Assembly: GCA_951812855.1 (NCBI GenBank)
Contig: OX638337.1
Location: forward strand, 1,320,001-1,352,000
Direction of reading: 5' to 3'
DNA length: 32,000 bases
Source of the DNA: an uncultured Lentisphaeria bacterium
Lineage (GTDB): Bacteria; Verrucomicrobiota; Lentisphaeria; JABSQK01; JAJFLO01
The notes under the pieces were generated by a model. That model had not been told where the DNA came from and searched no databases. It was given only the letters and a program-made list of their open reading frames with translations. Of the stretch, positions 19,334 to 28,000 are shown piece after piece. Numbering within the stretch: position 1 is the stretch's first letter; every line of letters begins with the position of its first letter. Position numbers and translations under genes: made by a program.

Positions 19334-19978
19334 GCGGAATCTATGCTCAAAAAATGGATTCAGGGGTTTCTCTATTTGTATTGGAATTTTCATTGAATAC
19401 CTGATAAAACATGAAAGTGCTGGATAAAGTCTACGATCGACATCTCCAGCGACAGGAAATGACGCAGATATCTCAGGCGATTAAGCAAGATTACTTAATT
19501 GTCAGAACCGGTCCCTGTCCGAATTTCAGTGAATATCTCAGGTCAGATTCAGCTCAGATTCAACGTAACCCAATCGCGATCCTGCCACGGATTTTTGGCG
19601 ATCGTTTTTTGAACTGAATATAAAAGATAACGGTGTAGACAGGAATCTATAGCCGCGGGCCGAATCGTAAGAAAGGCACTAAAGATGACATTGTCGTGTA
19701 CGCGGAATTAGAAGAATTTGTTCCTCCAAACCGTATAACAGAATATTCAAGCAGGATTCCTTCGTCTAAAAAACACAAAAAAAGAAAAAAAACTATGAAA
19801 TATTATTACAAAAAATTCAAGCGGGAAATAGGTTTGTAACTATCCATTTAAAATCTGTTCCATAACGACTGGAGGGAATTAAAATTATAAAATTTGTCCG
19901 ATGGGAGAATTGAAAATAAGTTGTTTTGGTAAACCATTCAGTTTTGTCTCCATTAAGGAATTAAATGGTTCTGGTTCT

Positions 19979-19992
19979 GGGGGGGGAGGGGG
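19979..19992. repeat. Homopolymeric G tract G8-A-G5, preceded by a ggttct x2 tandem
   Basis: Read directly: ...ggttctggttctGGGGGGGGAGGGGGctaaaattt. It lies about 205 bp upstream of the ATG of the surface protein gene at 20197. It is the only run of this kind in the intergenic region. Confidence 0.9.
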
Positions 19993-20196
19993 CTAAAATT
20001 TAATCGACAGTGGTTTTGTTTTACCAGATTAATATTGTAAGTAAAGTCTTATTTTAGCGTATTTATTACAATCCTGAATTGTGGGTGACCACGCTCGGGT
20101 TGCAATCAAGTAATTTTAACGTTTAATATTGAAAATTTGTGTAATTGAGTTTCTCTTCGACCTCTTAAATTTAACCTGAATACAAGGAATTCTTAA

Positions 20197-22608
20197 ATGA
20201 CTGTTAATAAAATCTTATTATTTTCTATATTAGCTTGTGCAGTATCCGTTACCGGGATGGCAAAAACGATTAATGTTCTGTCGAATCAGTCAATAAGTCG
20301 AGCGGTTACTTCTGCGGATGCAGGTGATACTTTATTATTAGGGTCAGGGACGTTTACACAATCAGCGATTACTATTAATAAATCGTTAATCATCCAGGGA
20401 GCAGGACTTAATAATACCATTATTCGTTCACCATCCGTGCTTTGTTTTAAGATCACAGCCAGTGATGTAACCATTAAAGACCTGAGAATAGTCGGTGCCA
20501 AACCTGGTATCTCTGTGAATCTTTCAAATCAAACGGTTAATAATCTCAAGATTAACAGTGTTCGGATAGAAAACGGTTCTGGATCGAATCCACTTGCAGA
20601 TGCAATTAAAGTGGAAGCGGGTACGACTGTAACCAATATGGAAATAGACAGCTCAATTCTGCATAACAACAGTGGGGCGGGTTTGCATTTTCCTGTTGGC
20701 TCATTTGGAAATGGACTGACGATTTCAAATACAACATTTTCCAAAAATGATGCCGGAATATTTCAAAGGCATCGTGGGCGTTCAGGATTTATCACAAATT
20801 TAAAAGTGACGAATAATTGTAATTTCGATGATAACGACTTCGAAGGTATATCTGCCCAGGAATTAGGTAATGCAGTTATAGAAAATTCTAAGTTTAAAGA
20901 TAATAAGCGCGGTGTATACATTAATAAATTCTTTAATAGGAAAGGCGGTGTCAATAATATTACTATACGGGGAAATACGTTTACCGATTCAACTGCACAG
21001 TCAATTTGGCTGAGAATTTTGAGCACAGCTGTTCCTTTAGGCCCCCGGGGTATAACAATTGAATCAAATTCTTTTATTCAAAATGTAGATTCACGAACTC
21101 TTGGTAAGAATCCAGTTTATCTTGAAACTCAGGGAACGTTTGAAGCAGTTATTGACGCGATATTTCAGAATGCTAATGATGATCAACACGGTCCACTTAA
21201 CATAAACAAAAATACATTCAACTTAACTGGAAGTTTTACAACAGCAACGACTTCAGAGACTGCATTTGCCATTGCATTAAACAGCGGTATCAAAAATGTA
21301 ACCATAAATGGTAATGTGATGAATGGGGGTAACATAAATGCATTGAGTTCTGCAGCAGTTAAAACATCGGGTATCTTCTTCATTACTAACGATGGATTCG
21401 GTACGATTCCTGATTCGGCAGTCGTAAATGTAACAGGAAATAAAATAACAGGGTTTGAATCTGGTGCATCAATATATGACCTCGATCGGGCCAGTTTCGG
21501 TTTTTTAGATGATGATGCGACCATTACATTTTCAAATAATTTTCTGGTCAATGATAAAGGAATACTTTCTGGCAATGATGGTGCTGCCATAAATGCTTCC
21601 GGGAACTGGTGGGGATCACGTAACGAGCGTTCTATTAGTAAAAGGATGACTGGTAAAGTGGATTTTACACCTTACTTAACGAGCGGGGAAGATACTGATG
21701 GTGATCCCGATAATGGTTTTCAGGGTAACTTTACGTTACTTCAGGCGACCTCCTCAGGTGAACAAACAGGAACTTTGGCTCGAGCAGTTGAAAGGAGGCA
21801 ATTGTTAAACAATACTCCAACATTCACCAGTCTGCCGCCTACTGCTGAAATTGATGCAGGTTCTGTCTACACATATAATATTACTACATCCGATGCTGAT
21901 CGAGATAGATTATCATTGTCCGCTCCGACTCTTCCCGGCTGGCTCCGATTCAATAATAATAATAACGGTACTGGAACGATTACCGGTACTGCCGTTTTAG
22001 GAGTTGCCAACAACGTTGTGTTGGTGGTAAAAGATTCGCCCGGAGGGTTTATTAAGAAACAAATATTTACGATCAATGTTGTTGCTCCCGGAAATAGAAC
22101 GCAATCAATTTCATTTGTACCGGGTTGGAATCATATTTCATTAAATGTAAAACCTCAGGATAAATTAATACGATCAATTTTTTCATCCGTGATTACAAAT
22201 ATCGAAATAGTGACTGGTGAGGGAAAGGAATTCGACCCCTTAAAAAATGATTCGCTTAACACGTTACAGTCATTTGCAGATAGTAAAGGATATTGGGTGA
22301 AAGTAAAATCCTCATCATCAGCCTTTACTCTTGATGTGTCTGGTGGTGTTTACGATTTTGCAACAACAACTATCCCTTTAAATACAGGCTGGAATAATGT
22401 TGGCTTTATCATGCAGAATCCAACGTCCGTTCGAACTGCTCTGGCTGATTTGATTACCGCCAATGAATTAATTAAAGTTGTTGGTGGTACACAGAGCTTC
22501 GATCCTGATTTCCCGGATACCTTAAATACCCTTCTGCAATTCAATCCGGGTAAAGGATATTGGGTCAAAATTAAGAATGCGGTGGCAGATTTTAATTTTC
22601 AGAAATAA
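20197..22608 (+). CDS. Secreted surface/adhesin-like protein: right-handed parallel beta-helix repeats + Ig-like (He_PIG-type) domain + two tandem C-terminal domains
   Basis: Signal peptide MTVNKILLFSILACAVSVTGMA. N-terminal ~480 aa contain periodic N/G/I-rich beta-helix repeats (IENGSG, LHNNSGAGL, ISNTTFSKNDAGI, IRGNTFTDS, INGNVMNGGN). Nt 21814-22083 encode a TFTSLPP...YTYNITTSDADRDRLSLSAPTLPGWLRF...GTITGTA Ig-like domain. Nt 22105-22605 encode two ~85-aa repeats (GWN...FDP...LNTL..F...KGYWVK.K). Confidence 0.8.
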   Translation: MTVNKILLFSILACAVSVTGMAKTINVLSNQSISRAVTSADAGDTLLLGSGTFTQSAITINKSLIIQGAGLNNTIIRSPSVLCFKITASDVTIKDLRIVGAKPGISVNLSNQTVNNLKINSVRIENGSGSNPLADAIKVEAGTTVTNMEIDSSILHNNSGAGLHFPVGSFGNGLTISNTTFSKNDAGIFQRHRGRSGFITNLKVTNNCNFDDNDFEGISAQELGNAVIENSKFKDNKRGVYINKFFNRKGGVNNITIRGNTFTDSTAQSIWLRILSTAVPLGPRGITIESNSFIQNVDSRTLGKNPVYLETQGTFEAVIDAIFQNANDDQHGPLNINKNTFNLTGSFTTATTSETAFAIALNSGIKNVTINGNVMNGGNINALSSAAVKTSGIFFITNDGFGTIPDSAVVNVTGNKITGFESGASIYDLDRASFGFLDDDATITFSNNFLVNDKGILSGNDGAAINASGNWWGSRNERSISKRMTGKVDFTPYLTSGEDTDGDPDNGFQGNFTLLQATSSGEQTGTLARAVERRQLLNNTPTFTSLPPTAEIDAGSVYTYNITTSDADRDRLSLSAPTLPGWLRFNNNNNGTGTITGTAVLGVANNVVLVVKDSPGGFIKKQIFTINVVAPGNRTQSISFVPGWNHISLNVKPQDKLIRSIFSSVITNIEIVTGEGKEFDPLKNDSLNTLQSFADSKGYWVKVKSSSSAFTLDVSGGVYDFATTTIPLNTGWNNVGFIMQNPTSVRTALADLITANELIKVVGGTQSFDPDFPDTLNTLLQFNPGKGYWVKIKNAVADFNFQK

Positions 22609-22724
22609 AGTTTGAATTGAAAATCAGTGTGATCCTGATCAACACATATTCGATATTCTCTCCAGCAGTGCGATTGAAGATTATCCCTGCAGCGTTGGCA
22701 CGGTTGAGGTAAAATCAGGTAAGA

Positions 22725-23696
22725 TTACTTTATACTCTTATCAAAACGTCCTTCCTTCAAAAACACGATAGTCTGTCGAATAGACTCTTTGTTTTTCATT
22801 AGGTAGGGATGGGTGACATGCAGCGTGATGTGATCGGACATCCCTTCAATTTTCGTGTTTTCCACTGATACTTTTCCATCGTCCCTGCCGGATATCATTG
22901 CACTGTTAACCCAATTGACTGATCGGTCGCCTGCGATAATTCCCAGTGAAAACCTGACAGGACCGAGTTGATTGGGCACACTGCCTGCTTTGGTACCAAG
23001 ATTCTTTCCTGCAATGCCGTTAATCCATTCAAATAATTTTAGTTCACCTAATATATCGACAATTTCACTTCCCTTGTTGGGTGGTCCAAGCATCACAACT
23101 CGTCCCAGGTCCGGCATTTTATTTCGACTTAGATAATCCCTTATTAGAATTCCACCTAAAGAATGAGCAACAAAATGGATTATGACTGCACCTTTCGATC
23201 GACATGATTTAACAGCGTCTCCAAGGTACTTTTCACTCAAATCTGTGATCTCCAGCTTTCTGGATGGGTAATCTACATTTAAAACGTGATAACCTTGTTT
23301 TTCCAATGATTGTTCCATTTTAGTCATTGACTTTGCTGTCCTGCATAAACCATGTAATAACACGATATACTCATTGCTCTCTGCTGATTTTGCAGGCATG
23401 CTTATTAGCATTCCCAGTAACAATATTATTATTTTCACCATTAGAAAAAACGTTCCAGTGTTTCTTGTGTAGGCGGCGGTGTGAGCCGTGACGTAACGAT
23501 TGACCGAAACGAATATCATAATAGATACCGGCATCACAGTGTGAATTAAAAATTTGGGATTCGCTCCGAAATTAGATTGTCTGAAAAGAATAAACCATGG
23601 AAGTACAATGGCTATTATGCATACCATAACACTGAGTTTCCAGTAAAGGGCTGCAATATCCACCAGGGCGGTGTAACTTTCTTTCTGTAATTTCAC
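22725..23696 (-). CDS. Alpha/beta-hydrolase (lipase/esterase-like); start uncertain
   Basis: YIVLLHGL oxyanion region, nucleophile elbow AHSLGG, later GDRSVNW...DGKVSV...HV. Coordinates are for the maximal ORF, which starts at GTG 23696. The internal ATG 23441 gives MVKIIILLLGMLISMPAKSA (signal-peptide-like) directly before the hydrolase core and may be the true start. Confidence 0.75.
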   Translation of the reverse strand: MKLQKESYTALVDIAALYWKLSVMVCIIAIVLPWFILFRQSNFGANPKFLIHTVMPVSIMIFVSVNRYVTAHTAAYTRNTGTFFLMVKIIILLLGMLISMPAKSAESNEYIVLLHGLCRTAKSMTKMEQSLEKQGYHVLNVDYPSRKLEITDLSEKYLGDAVKSCRSKGAVIIHFVAHSLGGILIRDYLSRNKMPDLGRVVMLGPPNKGSEIVDILGELKLFEWINGIAGKNLGTKAGSVPNQLGPVRFSLGIIAGDRSVNWVNSAMISGRDDGKVSVENTKIEGMSDHITLHVTHPYLMKNKESIRQTIVFLKEGRFDKSIK

Positions 23697-23725
23697 TTCT
23701 CTGGGTGTCGGATCGGAGGGGGACC
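23697..23725. repeat. Right copy of the 29-bp GC-rich inverted repeat, followed by CCC-G7 (to ~23737)
   Basis: ttctctgggtgtcggatcggagggggacc matches the reverse complement of 12616-12644 at 26/29 positions. It lies between the 5' end of the hydrolase ORF and the point where glycosyltransferase homology begins. Confidence 0.8.
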
Positions 23726-23736
23726 CGGGGGGGCAG

Positions 23737-24071
23737 CAAAAATTAGATTTTCTTCGTAATATATCGGTAATGTCGGTTCCGGTTCAATACGACAAAGCAT
23801 TTGGTCTGTATATCATTGAAGCAATGGCATCGGCTATCCCGGCAGTGCAGCCTCACCGCGGTGCATTTCCAGAATTAATTGAGGCTGCAAAGGCGGAGTA
23901 TTATATGAATCCGGAAATTTGGAGGCTTATATTTCTGCACTTAACTCATTACTGTTAGATAAAGAAAAGGCTGGACAATTGGGAAAACAGTGCAGGGCAT
24001 CTGTATCAAAGTTATTTGATAATAATGTCATGGCTGAACACGTTATAGAATTGATAAAAGAGATTGAATGA
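23737..24071 (+). pseudogene. GT1-family (GT-B) glycosyltransferase, C-terminal fragment, 5'-truncated and frameshifted
   Basis: Frame 1 reads ..QQKLDFLRNISVMSVPVQYDKAFGLYIIEAMASAIPAVQPHRGAFPELIEAA (cf PS.YE.FGL...EAMA.G.PVV....GG.PE.I). The frame changes near 23883-23892. The next frame reads GGVLYESGNLEAYISALNSLLLDKEKAGQLGKQCRASVSKLFDNNVMAEHVIELIKEIE*. The ~200+ N-terminal residues expected for this family are absent. Confidence 0.7.
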
Positions 24072-24089
24072 CAGGAGGAAGAGATAACT

Positions 24090-24557
24090 ATGGCATATTC
24101 ATTTACGATTAAGAGGCAGATTGAGTTTTCAGAAACCGATATGGCGGGAATCGTTCATTTTTCCAACTTTTTTCGCTATATGGAAATGGCAGAACATGCA
24201 TTTTTGCGTTCTCTCGGATTGTCAGTGCATTACAATGTCGGAGGTCAATGCAATGGCTGGGTGCGTGTTCATGCAGAATGTGACTATTTGTTGCCACTTC
24301 ATTTTGAGGAAGAATTCGAAATAAATCTGTTTGTTCGAGAGATACGTAACAAAACGATAAATTATTTTTATGTGTTTAAAAAATTAGACGATACGGCCTC
24401 TGCCGGTGTAGTTGCTACCGGTACCATTACCGCTGTTAGTGTGATGATTAATCGTCAGGACAATAGTATAAAGGGGCAGAAAATCCCGACATCTTTTACA
24501 GATGAGATTAATGTTTGTCCACTGGAATATTATCAGGAGTATCTGAAGAATCGATAA
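24090..24557 (+). CDS. Acyl-CoA thioesterase, hotdog fold (4HBT/YbgC-like)
   Basis: FSETDMAGIVHFSNFFRYMEMAEHAFLRSLG is the typical 4HBT-family N-terminus. AGGAGGAA Shine-Dalgarno site at 24073-24080. Confidence 0.85.
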   Translation: MAYSFTIKRQIEFSETDMAGIVHFSNFFRYMEMAEHAFLRSLGLSVHYNVGGQCNGWVRVHAECDYLLPLHFEEEFEINLFVREIRNKTINYFYVFKKLDDTASAGVVATGTITAVSVMINRQDNSIKGQKIPTSFTDEINVCPLEYYQEYLKNR

Positions 24558-24574
24558 AATTATCAATTGCTCAA

Positions 24575-25038
24575 TTAGTAAGCGAATCCTATAAGGACAA
24601 TGGTCTTGACGTGATTAATACTGTAGACCGATTAAACGAACTCAATCAGGTACAGAATACTTAAATTTCAATATTTCAGCTACTGGGGGGTGTAGGGATT
24701 TTGCGGGTTCAATCGGACTGGGAATTCTTATTTTTCGTCATGCTCAGGAGCGTCAGAGTGAATTTGCAATAATGAAATCTTCAGGATTTAGACGGTCCAC
24801 AATTCAAAGGATGCTGGTTAACGAACATTGTATTCTTATCTTGCCGGGTATATTTGCCGGAGCTGTCACCTCTGTAATTGCTCTATTTCCCAGATTATTC
24901 AGTGGAATTGAATTTACTAACCCGGCTGCATTATTGCTGCTTTTGCCTGGTATCGTCGTAAATGGTTTTATATGGGTATGGCCGGCATCTTTTTTCACGT
25001 TAAAACAGGATAGACTTCAGACCCTTCGGAGGGAGTGA
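24575..25038 (+). pseudogene. FtsX/MacB-type ABC transporter permease, C-terminal fragment with stop and frameshifts
   Basis: INTVDRLNELNQVQNT*, then ISIFQLLGGVGIL in one frame, and GSIGLGILIFRHAQERQSEFAIMKSSGFRRSTIQRMLVNEHCILILPGIFAGAVTSVIALFP... in another. Compare the FtsX consensus ...L.iF..l...l.G..G......V.ER..Ei...kalG. Only the last ~150 aa of a much longer protein remain. Confidence 0.65.
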
Positions 25039-25098
25039 TATCTTTTACATGATGTGGCATTTACGAAAAAAACGCCGGGATTAAGAGTCAAATTATAT

Positions 25099-28000
25099 TT
25101 ATTCTTTTTTGAAGCTCGTAATTTTTAAGATATCGTCTAATAGCAGATAATTTACCGGCACAAGTATCAGTGTTACAAATGTTGCAAATAATACGCCAAA
25201 TCCTAATGAAACAGCCATGGGGATCAGGAATTGTGCCTGTGTACTTTTCTCAAGTAAGAGCGGTGTCAAACCCGCGAAAGTCGTTAATGACGTCAGCAGT
25301 ATTGCCCGGAATCGTGCGGCTCCTGATGTTTTAACTGCTTCCATGATGTCAACTCCATTTCGGCGTTTACGATTAATAAAATCAACTAATACAAGACTGT
25401 CATTTACGACGACACCTGACAATGCCAGCATGCCAAATATACTGAATATGCTTAATGGTAATCTCATGATCATATGACCGAGTATCGCACCAACTAATCC
25501 AAACGGGATGACAGACATTACAATGAAGGGTTGAATATAAGACCGGAATGGTATTGCCAATAGCGAGTAGATACCGAACGATGCAAAAATTGCACCGGTG
25601 AACAGTCCGTCGAAAGATTCGCGTTCTTCCTTTGCTTCCCCTTCAAAGCTATATTGAACGCCTGGATTTTCCCGGATTATCTTTTCCAGGAATATACGCA
25701 AATCAGAATAGACAGTTCGAATATCCACTGCTTCCTTGTTTATGTCAGCAGAAATGTTTAGGGTGCGATTCCTGTCAATTCTCTGAATTGTTGAAAATCC
25801 CTGTCCAATTTGTGCCTTTGCGACATCTGAAAAAGGCACTTCTGTTCCCGATTCTGTACGGATAGTCATAGAATCTAAATGTTTTACAGACTGTCTTTCT
25901 TCTCGGGGATATCGCACCATTACCTTAATCTCGTCCCGTCCACGCTGGATACGCTGAATTTCATGACCGTAAAAGGAATCTCTTACCTGGTGCCCAAGGT
26001 CACTGGACGAGAGTCCAAGCAAATGTGCCTGGGGTTTGATGAATAGTTTTATTTCCTCTTTACCTTCATCATATGTGTCGGTTATATCAAAGATTCCGGG
26101 ATATTCACGAAGGCGAGTCTTTATTTTTTCAGAGATTTTGCTGATTTTATCAAAATTCTGCCCGGAAAGCCGGACGTTAATCGGGTCGCCTCCACGATGA
26201 ATTTCTGCACGAAAATTTAATTCTTTTACTCCAATAAGGGTTCCGATTCGCTTTCGCCATTCTCGAACCAGTTCGTAACTGGTTACATTAATTGTGCGTT
26301 CTTCAGGGGGCGAAATTTCGAACATAACCCGACCTTGATTGGGGTCTCCGCTTTTTCCGAGTGATGATCCAGTTGTTGACAGAATATTTTCAATCACACT
26401 TCTGCTTGTTTTTGGATCAATATATTCCTGTTGCAGTTCCTCTGCGGCTTTGGTTATTTGGTCTATCCGATCTTTTGTAACATGAAACGGTGTTCCCAAC
26501 GGCATTTTTAAATAAGCCCGGGCAACTTCGCTTGGTACCCTGGGAAACGGCAAAAAACGCATGTGCCCGCTATAGACAATGGTGAAAAAAATAACAGTAA
26601 CTCCAAGAAAAATGGATAGTGTCAAAATGCGGCGGTTTAACGCTCGCTCTAACAGGGGTTGATAGTAACGGTCAATAAATGATATCAGACCCGCCGAAGC
26701 CTTTTGCTGCATGTGGTTAAATATATTGTTCGAGTCTTCATCACCGTTTTTTATACGCATATGTTTGAGATGGGCGGGGAGTATAAGTTTGGATTCTATC
26801 AGCGAGAATAGTAATACAGGAATAACTATCATTGCTATTTGTGCATAAAGTTCGCCTCTTATGCCGCCCATAAACATCATTGGCAGGAATGCCGCAACTG
26901 TAGTCAGGATGCCAAAGGTTACCGGGATCGAAATCTCTTGAGTTCCGGTGATCGCTGCTTCGGTTGGATCGCTGATTGTCTTTAAACGGGTAAAAATATT
27001 TTCACCAGTAACGATGGCGTCATCAACGACAATTCCCAGAACCAGAATAAAAGCAAATACACTGACAATATTTACAGTCACCCCAAGGTCCGGCATTAAT
27101 CCTATTGCACCCATGAAGCTGACAGGTATTCCAATACATACCCATAATGCCACCTTGAATCTTAGGAATATAGCTAAAACCAGAAAAACAAGAAGACTTC
27201 CCTGGAGTGCACTGCGAGACAATGTATTGAGACGGGATTTTATAATTCGCGATCGATCACGCCAATAGCTCATTTCAACTCCCTCAGGCATCGTTTCCTG
27301 ATCGGATTTTATGTAATTTTTTACAGCCTTTGAAATTGCAATCGCGTTTTGATCACCGACACGATAAACATCAATCATGACACAGGGTTTGCCATTATAC
27401 CGAGCAACAAGTTGGTCCTCTTCAAAGTCATCCCTGATGGTTGCAATATCGCCGAGAGTAACATATGAGCCATCATCACGACTTATTATAGGAATTTTTT
27501 CAAAGTCTTCTTTAGTGTACGCCTGGCTTTTCGTTCTTAACAGTATTTCTCCCCTGTCCGATTTTATCGATCCTGCAGGTAAATCAAGTGATGATTTGTG
27601 CACAATACCAGCGATTTTACTGAAAGACAGTCCATATTCATTCAGGGTATTTTCAGCTATTTCAATGCTGATTTCGTAATTGCGAACCTCTGTTAATTCA
27701 ACCTGGGTAATTCCCGGCAGTGCAGATACATCATCACGAACGCGTTCCCCTAACTTACGCAGTTCTTTTTCTGACAGGCTGCCGGCAATAACGATACTGA
27801 TTACTTCGCGATTAATTTGGAGAACACTAAATTTAGGAGCTTCAATTTCGTCAGGAAATGTTGATATTCCATCAACCCGATTCTTTATATCATCGAGTAA
27901 TTCCCTGGGATCATAGCCTTTACTAATCTCAACATCAACAATACCAGCACCTTCCATTGCTCTGGAACGAATTTCTTTGATCCCGGTCAAATCCTGAATC

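Noticed and set aside
19411-19617. 68-aa ORF (and the overlapping 62-aa ORF at 19239-19427) in the long mutS/surface-protein spacer
   Set aside because: No SD site, no recognisable motifs and an unremarkable composition. I treat the region as non-coding unless conservation shows otherwise.
19988-20013. tmRNA-like 5' end (GGGGCTaaaatttaATCGACAGtgg resembles GGGGxxxxxxGGATTCGACxGGG)
   Set aside because: No tRNA-like T-arm or CCA-proximal acceptor 3' end follows within ~350 nt, and I saw no tag-peptide reading frame. The surface-protein CDS starts about 185 nt downstream of the motif. The resemblance is probably chance, arising from the G-tract.
21183-21590. 135-aa minus-strand ORF inside the surface-protein gene
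   Set aside because: It is antisense to the long beta-helix ORF and has no independent support. The same reasoning applies to 15265-15609 inside the DUF349 gene.
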